Positions 45,811 to 55,751 of a DNA stretch of 64,000 bases are shown here, in pieces. This DNA is from Alphaproteobacteria bacterium (lineage in GTDB: Bacteria > Pseudomonadota > Alphaproteobacteria > GCA-2731375): contig CBDDPY010000002.1 of NCBI GenBank assembly GCA_965232515.1, forward strand, positions 6,496,001 to 6,560,000, in the 5' to 3' direction. The number at the start of each line of letters is the position of its first letter. The stretch's first letter is position 1. The notes below the pieces were generated by a model, which did not search any database, was not told the DNA's origin, and saw only the letters and a program-made list of their open reading frames with translations. The position numbers and the translations under genes were made by a program.

Positions 45811-48654
45811 CTAGCCTTCGGAAAGCTGTTCCAGCAGAGCCTTCGCCTCGTCGGCGATGTCGCCGCCACGTCCGCTGTTCAACAAGGCCTGCAGTTTTTC
45901 CCTGGCCTCCGCCGTCCGGCCGAGTTTGCTAAGCGCCACGGCCAGATGGTAGTTGATGTTGGGATCGCCGGCGGCCCGTGCCTGCGCGTCGCGCAACAGC
46001 GTCAGCCCGCGGCTGACCTCGCCGCGCTGCACGAGGATCCAGCCGAGGGTATCGATCGCGTTGGCCTGGTTCGGGGCCAGCGCATAGGCCCGTTCCGCAT
46101 ATTCGAGGGCATCCGGATTGCCGGTCTTCTGGTAGAGCCAGGCGAGGTTGTTCAACACCACCGGATCGTTCGGTTGCAGTGCCAGCAGCTCTTCATTCAA
46201 GCTTACGGCTTCGTCGAGACGGTCGAGGCGGGCGTACTCGCCTGCCAAAGTGCGTTTGACGACCATGTCGTCGGGATGGCGATCCAGCCAATCCTGCAGC
46301 AGCTCCAGGGGCGGCGCGTTTCCGTCGGCGTCCCGCCGGGCGAGGTAAAGCCGCAATACCAGCACGCCGTCTTCCTGCTTCTTCAGGCCGCGTTCGTAGG
46401 CCACGGCGGCCTCCGCCGGGCGTTTCGCCCGCATCAGCACATCGCCCGCCAGCAGGTCGCCGGTCGCCAGTTCCGGATGCATCGTGCGGATGTCGTTGGC
46501 CCGCGCCAAAGCCTTGTCGATCTCACCCATACCGGCCTCCAGGCGGGTGATGCTGGCCTGTGCCGGCAGATATGTCGGATCGACAAAGACGGCGCGGCTG
46601 AGACTGTCGTAGGCGCCTTTGTTATCGCCCGCCTGCTGCTGCATCTGGGCAATGCGGTTCAGGTCCCGCGGCGACTCCCGCGCCACGTCCATCATGCGGC
46701 GGAGCTTGAGGATCGCCATGTCGATTTCATTGCTGGCAAGCGCCGCTCGGCTGACGGCCTCCAGCACCGCAAGGTTTTCCGTATTGTTGGCTTCCAGGCT
46801 GCGTGCCAGATGCAGCGCTTCCCGATAGTTCTTGGCGCGAATGTGCAGATCGACCAGTTGGATCTGCACCCGGAGCCCGCCCTGCGGCGTCGGACGAACC
46901 CGCTGCAGCCACTGGATGGCATCGGCCAGATCGCCACGGCGCTCGGCGATGTTGGCCAGCGCCAGCAAAGGGCCGTTTTCACCCAGTTGCCGATCGACCA
47001 GCGACAACAGGCGGGTCTCGGCGTCATTGAGATTGCCGCCGCGTATGTCCAGTTTCGCCAGATTGATATGCGCCGGCACGTAGTCCGGGTCGAGATCGGT
47101 CGCGGCCTCGAATCTTCGGCGAGCGGCATCCTCTTCGCCTTGGCCCCAGAGCGCGGCGCCGGCCAGGTTGAGACCGAACGGGTTGTCTGGATGGCGGTTC
47201 TGCAGGTCTTCGGCGATCGCCAGGGTTTGATCGTATTCGCGCCGTCTCAGCTGCATCAATCCGAGCATCATGGCGTGCTGCATGGAATCCGGCTCGCGGG
47301 CCAGCGCGGCCTCCAGACCGGCGATCGCCTGGTCCGGCTTTCCGGCCGCGATCTCGTTCAGGGCCAGCCGCGTGCGGAGCTGGTCCAGGTCCGGCGCCAG
47401 CTCGATCGCCCGCTCGAAGGCGGCGCTGGCTTCGGCATGTTCGCCGTTGCGCATCAAGGCGGTGCCGAACTGAGCCAGCAGGCGGGCGTCCTGGGTCTTC
47501 GGCCCGCTGATGGGCCGCAATACGCCGACGGCCCGATCGTTGTCGCCGCGCCTCATATAGAGCGAGGCCAGCATCCGGCGCGCCCCGACATGTTGCGGTT
47601 CCAGGTTCAAATACTGCTCGAGGTAAAACAGCGCGTCGCTCACCTCCTGCTGCGCGAAGTTGATCACGCCGGCCAGCAGCAACGTCGGCAGATGGCGGCG
47701 GATGAAGGCGGTGTCGTAATTTCGGATGATGTTGTCCGCCCGGCGCAGCGCTGCCTCGGCGCCGCGCGTGTCACCGGCGGCGCCCAGAATCAGTGAGTTG
47801 AAATAGATCGCCTGCGGATCGTCGGGCAGCAGCTCCAAGACGAAATCGATGTCCGCCTGGGCCTCGGCGTGACGGTTCAGGTCGATCAGCGCCGCCGCCC
47901 GGTTCCGGCGGGCGTCCAGATGATATGGTTGAATTGTCACGGCCTTGCCGTAGCTGGCGACGGCGCCGGCCAGGTCGCCCAAGCCGCGTTTGAGGTCGCC
48001 ATCCAGGCTCCAGCCGTCGGCATTGTCCGGTTCGAGCGCCAGGGCTTCGTCGATCTGCGCGCGGGCGCCGGCGAGGTCGCCACGGAAGATGGCAACCTCG
48101 GCCAATCCAAGCAGCGGGCTGGAGCTGCCGGATTGCAGACCGGCGGCGGCCATGTAGGCCATCTTTGCGGCATCCAGGTCGCGGATCGCGATATAGGCGG
48201 CGCCGCGCATGCTGTGAACCTGCTCCTCGATTTCAGGGCTACGCAGCCCCGACCTCACGATCTCCAGGACCTCTTCGTACTTGTGTTGCAGAATCAGCGC
48301 CTGCCCGAGGGGCACGACGATAATCGCTTCGTCACCACCGCCGCGCAGCGCCGCGATCAGCTCTTTTTCCGCCGTGGGGCCATCGCCGACTTCAAGATAG
48401 GCCCGGCCGATCAGGATCCGGGCGGCGAGGTTGCCGGGCTGATTCTTGAGGATGTTCTTGAGCTGGATGATGGCGCCGGGATAGTCGCCGTTGGCGAAGC
48501 GGACGGCGGCATCCTCGTAAAGGCTCGAGGCCGCCGCTTCGTCGCCGGCGTCCGATGTGTTGGCGACGGTGGCTGCGGGCATCGCGACACCGCCGGCGAG
48601 CAGGCCGGCGACGATCGCGGTGCGCAGCCATGCCGAAATCGAGAATCTAACCAT
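45811..48654 (-). CDS. prsT: PEP-CTERM system TPR-repeat protein
   Basis: AIIQLKNILK..P..ARILIGRAYL..GDG.TAEKEL N-terminus, LNNLAW..DTLGWIL C-terminus; next to a PEP-CTERM gene. Confidence 0.88.
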   Translation of the reverse strand: MVRFSISAWLRTAIVAGLLAGGVAMPAATVANTSDAGDEAAASSLYEDAAVRFANGDYPGAIIQLKNILKNQPGNLAARILIGRAYLEVGDGPTAEKELIAALRGGGDEAIIVVPLGQALILQHKYEEVLEIVRSGLRSPEIEEQVHSMRGAAYIAIRDLDAAKMAYMAAAGLQSGSSSPLLGLAEVAIFRGDLAGARAQIDEALALEPDNADGWSLDGDLKRGLGDLAGAVASYGKAVTIQPYHLDARRNRAAALIDLNRHAEAQADIDFVLELLPDDPQAIYFNSLILGAAGDTRGAEAALRRADNIIRNYDTAFIRRHLPTLLLAGVINFAQQEVSDALFYLEQYLNLEPQHVGARRMLASLYMRRGDNDRAVGVLRPISGPKTQDARLLAQFGTALMRNGEHAEASAAFERAIELAPDLDQLRTRLALNEIAAGKPDQAIAGLEAALAREPDSMQHAMMLGLMQLRRREYDQTLAIAEDLQNRHPDNPFGLNLAGAALWGQGEEDAARRRFEAATDLDPDYVPAHINLAKLDIRGGNLNDAETRLLSLVDRQLGENGPLLALANIAERRGDLADAIQWLQRVRPTPQGGLRVQIQLVDLHIRAKNYREALHLARSLEANNTENLAVLEAVSRAALASNEIDMAILKLRRMMDVARESPRDLNRIAQMQQQAGDNKGAYDSLSRAVFVDPTYLPAQASITRLEAGMGEIDKALARANDIRTMHPELATGDLLAGDVLMRAKRPAEAAVAYERGLKKQEDGVLVLRLYLARRDADGNAPPLELLQDWLDRHPDDMVVKRTLAGEYARLDRLDEAVSLNEELLALQPNDPVVLNNLAWLYQKTGNPDALEYAERAYALAPNQANAIDTLGWILVQRGEVSRGLTLLRDAQARAAGDPNINYHLAVALSKLGRTAEAREKLQALLNSGRGGDIADEAKALLEQLSEG

Positions 48655-48818
48655 GCGGGATTCCTTGATTCTGGACCCGGTCATCGAATTTCACGCGAAG
48701 ATTTTCGCGTCAATATAGGCTCAATTTCTTTCGAAAATCGTGCCAACTCGATTGGCTGGCGACCGTCGTCGCGTCGGTTGGCGGCTGGATCGCCGTCGGA
48801 AATCGGCGTCCAAACGGA

Positions 48819-48846
48819 AACCGGCGCCGCGAGGGCGGCGCCGGTT
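48819..48846 (-). terminator. Hairpin downstream of the PEP-CTERM gene
   Basis: aaccggcgccgc-gagg-gcggcgccggtt. Confidence 0.55.
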
Positions 48847-48880
48847 CGTGCGTAACGATGCGGAAAGGACTGCCGATCGG

Positions 48881-49657
48881 TCAGGCCTTCTGGCGCCGGC
48901 GCCGGTAAAGCGCCAGCCCGGCGAGACCGGTCAGCAGGATCGCCAGGGACTGCGGCTCGGTCACCCGCGTGGTCTTTTCGTACCCCATCAGGTTGTCCAC
49001 CGCGCCAGAGCCCTTGAACTTGACCTTCAGCTTGGCGACGTTCTTGCCAAGGTCGCCGAAGGTGAAGACACCGTGCTTGTGGTTGCCCGTCGGCGCCAGC
49101 TGCTGGGTCACCATCGGCGAGCCGTCGGCGTAGTAGATCTTCAGATAGGCGCGCTGGCTGTAATAGTTCTCGATGTCGAAGTAGTCGATCGACTTCAGGT
49201 GAGCCGGCGTGTCTTCGAAATCGAATGTCAGCCAGCTGCCGACGTCGTCATCCGGAATGATCGGGTCGTTGATACAGGTCGCGCTGCCGCCCGGACCGCA
49301 GGACGTGGTTCCGGATGTCGCTTGTTCCTGCACGATCAGGATATTGCCGAAATTCGTCGGGTTGTTCAGGAACGGGTGCGCGAGGTCGCTGTCGCCGTCG
49401 TTTGAGCCGCCGGGCGCGCCGGTGGTCGCGTTGTTGGTGTCAAAGGCCACGGCCAGGTTCGAGCCGTCGATACCGCCGATCGCGCTGATCACAACGCTGG
49501 TCGAACTGGCGCCCGGGATGCCCGACGCATACTGGTTGTTGACGATTTCGCCGCGCTGCAGCTCATTGAAATCGAGTGTCCAGTTGGCCGCCTGGGCCGA
49601 CGACGCCGCACCGGCGATCAAGCCCGCTGCCGCTACAAAACCAATCCACGTCCGCAT
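48881..49657 (-). CDS. PEP-CTERM sorting-domain protein
   Basis: Signal peptide; C-terminal VTEPQSLAILLTGLAGLALYRRRR. Confidence 0.88.
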   Translation of the reverse strand: MRTWIGFVAAAGLIAGAASSAQAANWTLDFNELQRGEIVNNQYASGIPGASSTSVVISAIGGIDGSNLAVAFDTNNATTGAPGGSNDGDSDLAHPFLNNPTNFGNILIVQEQATSGTTSCGPGGSATCINDPIIPDDDVGSWLTFDFEDTPAHLKSIDYFDIENYYSQRAYLKIYYADGSPMVTQQLAPTGNHKHGVFTFGDLGKNVAKLKVKFKGSGAVDNLMGYEKTTRVTEPQSLAILLTGLAGLALYRRRRQKA

Positions 49658-49728
49658 CGGAAACCCCTCTTGGGAACTACATTACGCACAGGCGGACACA
49701 GAACGGTCACGCCACTGGCGATATTAAA

Positions 49729-49743
49729 GCAAATTCCGGGCCA
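49729..49743 (-). promoter_or_regulatory. Sigma-54 promoter (-24/-12)
   Basis: TGGCCC-ggaat-TTGC upstream of the PEP-CTERM gene. Confidence 0.75.
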
Positions 49744-49806
49744 GGCAAGAAATTCTATTCAATTCAATGGTTTAGAAAATCCCGCATCGGGGAGCGGTTT
49801 GAAACT

Positions 49807-49823
49807 TGTAAAGTTTTCCGACA
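49807..49823. promoter_or_regulatory. Enhancer site of PEP-CTERM gene (putative PrsR site)
   Basis: TGTAAAGTTTTCCGACA (TGT-N11-ACA); related copy TGTAAGAGAATCCGTCA at 49942-49958. Confidence 0.6.
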
Positions 49824-50055
49824 CCAGATGTGACAGGTGCGTGTCCAAACGACGAAGGTAAGCTTAGCGGGTGGACACTAAGTTATTGTTCCTCAGATAA
49901 GTTTACATTCGTTAACCATATTTTTCGGTCCCGGATTCCGGTGTAAGAGAATCCGTCACAGCCGGAGCGTCGGCTGACACGGCCCCGGACGGATCATCCC
50001 GAATTGGGACGACCTGAGCCAGCTGTCTCGATTTGACGCAAATTTGCCGAAAATC

Positions 50056-50131
50056 TGGTAGGCGCGGAGAGGAATCGAACCTTCGACCTCTGCCATGTAA
50101 TGGCAGCGCTCTGCCACTGAGCTACGCGCCT
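50056..50131 (-). tRNA. tRNA-Val(TAC), atypical
   Basis: Cloverleaf with AGGCGCG/CGCGCCT acceptor stem, encoded CCA, GCTC/GAGC D-stem, CTGCC-ATTACAT-GGCAG anticodon arm and TTCGATT loop. Confidence 0.85.
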
Positions 50132-50228
50132 CTGAGGCGGAATTTAGCGTCGTCTCCGCTGCGGGTGCAATGTCAATTCGACGACGGAATTGGCGCCGGC
50201 ATCACCTCGTTCGACCGCAGGGGCCGGA

Positions 50229-51023
50229 TCAGGGGTTCGGCGCCGGGAAGACCTCGTCCATGCGATCGAGCAGATGGTACGCAACCATGCCGATCCATTC
50301 ATGGGTGGCAAAATGCAGCATGCTGAGCCCGCCGGAGAGGCTGAACCGCATGCGAGGCCGCCGCCGCGATTTGTAATCCACCGGATACGGCTGGACTATC
50401 CAGCCGGCCTTTCGGAAAACCCCCATGGCGCGCGGCATATGAAATGCCGAAGTGACCAGCAGCCAACGTTCATCGTCCGTCGGTGCGACGAGGCGTTTGC
50501 TGTTCACGGCGTTTTCGAAGGTATTGCGCGATTCCGATTCGTAAATCACCCGGTCCGGCGGCGGGCCGATGGTTTCGAACAGGAAGCGCGCCACATCGGC
50601 CTCCGTCACCTTGCCGTTACCCAGCAGGGTCGCGTTGCCGCCGGTGAAGACGAGCTTGGCCTTGGGGTATCTGCGCGCCAGCGCGATGAATTCGGTCATC
50701 CGTTCGGCATGGCCGTTCAGCGCCGGCCGGCCATATTCGACCGTGCCCGCGACTCCGACCGCGCCGCCGAGGACGATGACGCCATCGACCTGGTCCGGCA
50801 GCGCATCCGGTGCCGGGAAACGCTGCTCCAGCGGCTGTATTAGCCAGTCGCCGAGCGGCAGGATCGCGATAACGACAAAACACAGCGTCACGACGGTCAT
50901 CAACCATTGGCCAATGCGACGCCAGGGGGTCAGGGCGAGCAGCAAGCCCAGCAGCAGCAGGAGCAGCAGAAGGTTCGCCGGCTGTGCGACGAGCCAGAAG
51001 ATCTTCGAAAGCGCGAACGTCAT
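50229..51023 (-). CDS. YdcF/ElyC (DUF218) family protein
   Basis: IVLGGA, SRNTFENA and LVTSAFHMPRA motifs. Confidence 0.92.
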   Translation of the reverse strand: MTFALSKIFWLVAQPANLLLLLLLLGLLLALTPWRRIGQWLMTVVTLCFVVIAILPLGDWLIQPLEQRFPAPDALPDQVDGVIVLGGAVGVAGTVEYGRPALNGHAERMTEFIALARRYPKAKLVFTGGNATLLGNGKVTEADVARFLFETIGPPPDRVIYESESRNTFENAVNSKRLVAPTDDERWLLVTSAFHMPRAMGVFRKAGWIVQPYPVDYKSRRRPRMRFSLSGGLSMLHFATHEWIGMVAYHLLDRMDEVFPAPNP

Positions 51024-51137
51024 GAGGCCGGTTTGTACTCGTCGCCGGACCGGTCCGCCAAGGCGAATTCGGCCGCCCGGTCAACGCTGGGTGCCGGGAT
51101 GGACCGGACCGGGACCGTCTGATATGTCGGGCCGACC

Positions 51138-52322
51138 ATGCGTCTCCTGACCTATTCAACGCTTTATCCCAACGCCGCACAGCCGAGCCACGGGGTTTTC
51201 GTCGAAAACCGCCTGCGGCATTTGATTGCGAGCGGCGAGGTCGAAAGCCGCGTTGTGGCGCCCGTGCCGTGGTTTCCCTCGGCGGCCGCGGGCTTCGGCC
51301 GCTATGCCAGCTATGCCGCCGCGCCGGACCGGGAGCAACGAAACGGCCTGACGATCGAGCATCCGCGATACCCGGTGATCCCGAAGATCGGCATGAGCGT
51401 GGCGCCGGGCCTACTCTATCGGTTCAGCCGCGCGGCGCTCGAGCGGCAACGCCGAGACGGTTTCGATTTCCAGCTCATCGATGCGCATTACTTCTACCCC
51501 GACGGCGTGGCCGCGGTCCTGCTCGGCCGCTATTTCAAGCGGCCGGTCGTGATTACGGCGCGCGGCACGGACCTCAACCTGATTCCAGACTATGCGCTGC
51601 CGCGGCGCATGATCCTATGGGCCGCGTCCCAAGCTGCCGGTATCGTCGCCGTCTGCCAGGCGCTGAAAGACCGGTTGGTCGAGCTCGGCGCCGACGCGGG
51701 CCGCATCACCGTGCTGCGCAACGGTGTCGATCTCGAGCTCTTTCGGCCGGTCGACCGGACCGCGGCGCGGCAGGCGCTCGGCCTGCAACGGCGTACGCTG
51801 CTGTCGGTTGGCGGGCTTATCCCGCGCAAGGCAAACGAGATTGCCATCCAGGCTCTGCCTGCGCTGCCCGATGTCGATTTCCTGCTGGCCGGCGAGGGCC
51901 CTGAGCGCGACGCGCTGACTCAGTTGGCGGCGAGCTTGGGTGTCGCCGATCGGGTGCGGTTTTTGGGCGCTGTCGCGCATGCCGACCTGCCGCGGATCTA
52001 TTCGGCCGCCGATGCGCTGGTTCTGGCTTCCAGTCGCGAGGGCTGGGCGAATGTGCTGCTCGAGGCCATGGCCTGCGGGACGCCGGTGATCGCATCCGAC
52101 GTCTGGGGCACGCCGGAGGTCGTGGCCGCGCCCGCCGCCGGCGTGCTGATGCCGTCGCGAACGCCGGCCGGCCTGTCGGCCGCGTTCGACCAGCTGTTTG
52201 CGGACCAGCCGTCACGGTCCGAAACCCGGGCTTATGCCGAGCAGTTTGACTGGGAGGCGACGACGAGGGGGCAGCTCGGCCTGTTCGACGGCATCCTTCG
52301 GCGTGCGGCGGAGACCGGTTAA
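51138..52322 (+). CDS. Glycosyltransferase family 4 (TuaC-like)
   Basis: DAHYFYPDG; EGWANVLLEAMACG. Confidence 0.92.
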   Translation: MRLLTYSTLYPNAAQPSHGVFVENRLRHLIASGEVESRVVAPVPWFPSAAAGFGRYASYAAAPDREQRNGLTIEHPRYPVIPKIGMSVAPGLLYRFSRAALERQRRDGFDFQLIDAHYFYPDGVAAVLLGRYFKRPVVITARGTDLNLIPDYALPRRMILWAASQAAGIVAVCQALKDRLVELGADAGRITVLRNGVDLELFRPVDRTAARQALGLQRRTLLSVGGLIPRKANEIAIQALPALPDVDFLLAGEGPERDALTQLAASLGVADRVRFLGAVAHADLPRIYSAADALVLASSREGWANVLLEAMACGTPVIASDVWGTPEVVAAPAAGVLMPSRTPAGLSAAFDQLFADQPSRSETRAYAEQFDWEATTRGQLGLFDGILRRAAETG

Positions 52323-53632
52323 ACCGACGTTCGCGCCGTTCCTGGCACCGGCGTCGGCGGCATGGCGGGATGCACGAAGGCCCTGGTCTTCGCCTTCAGC
52401 TCTTTCGATACGATCACCCGCACGATAGCCGTGATCGCGACCAGCGCCAGATACATGTCGTAGTAGGCCAGCGACAAGGCGGCGCCGGCAACCAGATAGC
52501 CGGCCAGGCTCACCTCCATCATGCGCCCGAGATCGTGCGCCCAGGCGAGTTCCGGACTGCCGCGGGTATGCTTGACGATCCAGCGGCTGTTGCGCCAGGT
52601 CATGAAGGCGATCGACATGAACAGGATCAGGCCGGGATACCCATGGTCGGCGAGTGCTTCGAAGTAGATGCTGTGGATCGCCCGCGCGCGCGTCACCACG
52701 TCGCTGTATTTCGCAAAGACCTCTTGCCGCTCGTATGAGCGGAATCCGACCCCGGTCAGTGGCTTCCTCTTGGCGATTTCGATGGCCGTATCCCACATCA
52801 CCAGCCGGCCCTGGAATGACGAGTCCTCCTCGGTATTGCCGATCGTGTTGATGCGGTCGAAATACTTCTGCGGCATGGCCAGCAGGCCGACAATCACGAC
52901 GAGCGCAATAACCAGCGCGCCGATGAACTTACCCTTCGATCGCCACCAATAGACCATGCCCATCATCGTCAGGCCGATGAAGCCGCCGCGCGAATAGCTG
53001 CCGATGACGGCGAAAATGGTCATGAACATGACCGCCACCAGCGCCAGGCGGACCCATTTGTTGGCGGAATGCAGACGCAGATAGTTGATCAATGGGATCG
53101 TCATGATCAACGCCGCGGCCAGATGGTTGTTGTCGTAGATCATCGAGTTCGCGGGGCCGAAGATGGCGTATTTGCCGCCCGACAGGATCATGAAACCGCT
53201 GCCCTTAACCGACCAGTAGCAGAGCGACACCACGATCACCCAGATCATGGCGTGCACGCGGATACGGTTGTTCATCAGGCCCAGGATCGCCATCACCAGG
53301 ACCATCGATTTCATGGTGCGGTCCCAGATCGCATAGGCCGACCGGTCATACTCAGCCAGATAGGTGGTCAGGGACATATGCAGGGCGAAAATGATCAGCA
53401 GGAACGTGATCGGCGTCTTCGGTACTTTCAGCGGCTCTTTCGAGAACAGCCAGGCGCCCAGCGTGACCACGGCGATGATCATGTTGAACTCGAAGTGCGT
53501 GGTGCCGCCCCAGGCCTCGCGATGCGGGTTCATGAAGGCGAGCCAGCTCCAGATCATGACGCCGATCTGCGGCATCTTCAGCGCCGGCAGCACCATCACG
53601 AAAAAGGCCATCATCAATAGGATGCTGCGCAT
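52319..53632 (-). CDS. Putative O-glycosylation ligase, exosortase A-associated
   Basis: MNPHR, DNNH, SYSRGG and HSIYF..L.DHG motifs; multi-TM. Confidence 0.88.
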   Translation of the reverse strand: MRSILLMMAFFVMVLPALKMPQIGVMIWSWLAFMNPHREAWGGTTHFEFNMIIAVVTLGAWLFSKEPLKVPKTPITFLLIIFALHMSLTTYLAEYDRSAYAIWDRTMKSMVLVMAILGLMNNRIRVHAMIWVIVVSLCYWSVKGSGFMILSGGKYAIFGPANSMIYDNNHLAAALIMTIPLINYLRLHSANKWVRLALVAVMFMTIFAVIGSYSRGGFIGLTMMGMVYWWRSKGKFIGALVIALVVIVGLLAMPQKYFDRINTIGNTEEDSSFQGRLVMWDTAIEIAKRKPLTGVGFRSYERQEVFAKYSDVVTRARAIHSIYFEALADHGYPGLILFMSIAFMTWRNSRWIVKHTRGSPELAWAHDLGRMMEVSLAGYLVAGAALSLAYYDMYLALVAITAIVRVIVSKELKAKTRAFVHPAMPPTPVPGTARTSV

Positions 53633-53828
53633 CTGCGAACTCGTCTCCGCTTGCGGTGCCGCTTCTGCCCGCCTGCGGGCATGGTCAAGCGGCGGCGGCA
53701 CACCAATATACTAACAAACCGGCGGACTGCCGTCGTCTGATCGTCGTGTCGTGCCTGTCTTCGCCTGGAATATGGTTCTGACATTATTAACGCATTGAAA
53801 AGATGATCGTTGTCACAGGCGATGCCGG

Positions 53829-54875
53829 TTGATCTCGATGCGTCGAGGCGGCAGGTTAGGGTTGTCCGAACAACGAGGCGCGAGTTTCCCATTGCTGTTC
53901 ATTTTCGGCGCACCACGCTCCGGCACCTCGTGGTTGGCGAAGATTTTCGACAGTCACCCGGATGTTATCTACCGCCACGAGCCGGACTCGCAGGTCCGCC
54001 ACGCCGATATCCCCTATCTGTGCAGCGCTGACGACAACGAACGGTTAAGGGGCGCCGCCCACACCTATCTGAGCGACCTGCTGCGCGTGCGGACGCTGAA
54101 GTCGGCCGGTTCGCTGCCCGTGTTTCCGAAGAACTACCACGACCAGGCGCGTCACTATCTGCGCACCGGGGTGATCGCCGCGATCCGGGTGGCTGAGAAG
54201 CTCGGCGCCCGAAGGCTGGCGGCGGAGAAGCTGCAGATTCCCGACATGCTGAGGCCGGGCGCGTCGCCTTACGTCGTAATGAAGTCGGTCAGCGCCCTGG
54301 GCCGGGCGCGGTTGTTCCGCGATGCCATGCCGGCGAGCAAGATCATCCTGATCGTGCGCCATCCGTGTGGGCAGGTGTCCTCGACGCTACGTGGCATGGC
54401 GACGAACAAGTTGTCCAAATACGTGCCCGTCGCGGCGATGAGCGTGACGCCGCAGGCGCAGCGCCGTGGTTTGACGCACGACAAGCTTGAAGGCATGGAG
54501 GTCGTCGAGGCGCTTGCCTGGCATTGGGCGCTGCTGAACGAGATGGCGATGGACGATCTCGATGGAGCCGACGGGGTGCGGTTGCTGCGCTACGAGGATC
54601 TGTGCGAGCGGCCGATGGAGGTCGCCCGCGATCTCTTTGCCTTTGCCGGGATCGACATGCACGCCGAAACCGAGCGTTTTCTGCAGCAGAGCATCTCCTA
54701 CGAGGGCAAGGAGCGCTATTTCCAGGTTTTCCGGAATCCGCTGCGCTCGGCCAACAAGTGGCGCGAGGAGCTGAGCGAGGACGAAATCGGTCGGATCCTC
54801 GAGATCGTCGGGCAAACCCGGCCGGGCCAGCTGTTTGTCGAGGATGCCGCGATCAATCGGGCGGCGCGGCGCTGA
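53829..54875 (+). CDS. Sulfotransferase family protein
   Basis: GAPRSGTSW, HEP, IVRHP and RYEDL motifs. Confidence 0.88.
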   Translation: MISMRRGGRLGLSEQRGASFPLLFIFGAPRSGTSWLAKIFDSHPDVIYRHEPDSQVRHADIPYLCSADDNERLRGAAHTYLSDLLRVRTLKSAGSLPVFPKNYHDQARHYLRTGVIAAIRVAEKLGARRLAAEKLQIPDMLRPGASPYVVMKSVSALGRARLFRDAMPASKIILIVRHPCGQVSSTLRGMATNKLSKYVPVAAMSVTPQAQRRGLTHDKLEGMEVVEALAWHWALLNEMAMDDLDGADGVRLLRYEDLCERPMEVARDLFAFAGIDMHAETERFLQQSISYEGKERYFQVFRNPLRSANKWREELSEDEIGRILEIVGQTRPGQLFVEDAAINRAARR

Positions 54876-54953
54876 CGGTCGGGCCATGATGTCGACCTCG
54901 CGCCAATCGCCGGCTGAAAGACGCCGCGACGGCCATCTGAAAGGAAGCCCCCG

Positions 54954-55130
54954 ATGATCGCCAGTTTCATCTTTCTCTGCGCGCTTATCGCCATGGTCAT
55001 GCTTGTCGCCTGGGTCATAAAGAACGACGGCGCCGGGTTGACCGGCAAAACGACTGGCTTGCTGGCCATGAAAGAGCCGGAAGAGCCGGAACAGGCGGCG
55101 AAAAAGAAACCGCCGCCCTATGCCGGCTGA
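54954..55130 (+). CDS. Small single-TM protein (58 aa; below ORF-track cutoff)
   Basis: AAGGAAG RBS; MIASFIFLCALIAMVMLVAWVIKNDGAGLTGKTTGLLAMKEPEE. Confidence 0.6.
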   Translation: MIASFIFLCALIAMVMLVAWVIKNDGAGLTGKTTGLLAMKEPEEPEQAAKKKPPPYAG

Positions 55131-55522
55131 GCCGCGCCCGGCGAAGCCGTGGCAGCCAGCGCCGCCAGAGCGCAGAGGTCAGCCTCGGTGCGGGCCAAAA
55201 GCCAGCCGCCGACGCTGATCACGTCTCCGGCCGCGAACTCGCGACGGCACTGCCGGGTGATGGCGCGGCCCAATGTGGTCCGTGACAAGCCTGAGCCTTT
55301 CGGTATGCCGAGGCTTTTCACCAGGCCGGCTGACAAATCTGCTGCCGGCTCAGAGAGCGTTTGCTGCGCAAGGTAGGCGCGTCCGATGGCCACCGCGTCG
55401 TTGCGGTCGGCGAAGCCGGCCAGCAACGCGACGTCGGTCTCCGGATCCTTCCGGCCAAGCAGGCCGGGTGCCAAACCGGCAAGTGCAATGCCGGCCAAAA
55501 CCGCGCGGCGTGGCAGGTTCAT
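55118..55522 (-). CDS. Hypothetical protein with twin-arginine-like signal
   Basis: MNLPRRAVLAG; C-terminal EFAAGDVISVGGWLLARTEA. Confidence 0.7.
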   Translation of the reverse strand: MNLPRRAVLAGIALAGLAPGLLGRKDPETDVALLAGFADRNDAVAIGRAYLAQQTLSEPAADLSAGLVKSLGIPKGSGLSRTTLGRAITRQCRREFAAGDVISVGGWLLARTEADLCALAALAATASPGAAQPA

Positions 55523-55751
55523 GAGGCCGCTGTTCCTTCGTCCGATTGCCATGCGGCGGTTCGTCCACGTTTTCGCATGTGCGGCCGGCATTTCCGTTAA
55601 CGGCCGGTGGTGAAATCTGGACCCGCTGTCGTTCTCGCTGGATTTGACGTTCCTTTACCATTATTCCGTTATGGCGGGCTGACAAGCCCTCTCTGCCGTC
55701 GGTCGCGGGCGCCGACGTCCTCGAGTTTCGTTGATGCCGCCAGGCGTACCA

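Noticed and set aside
45646-47796. Long antisense ORFs (716 aa here; also 18440-19876 and 27191-28606)
   Set aside because: Shadow ORFs of high-GC genes on the opposite strand, with no motifs.
50056-50131. tRNA as an integration site of a mobile element
   Set aside because: No integrase and no duplicated tRNA 3' end seen in the window.
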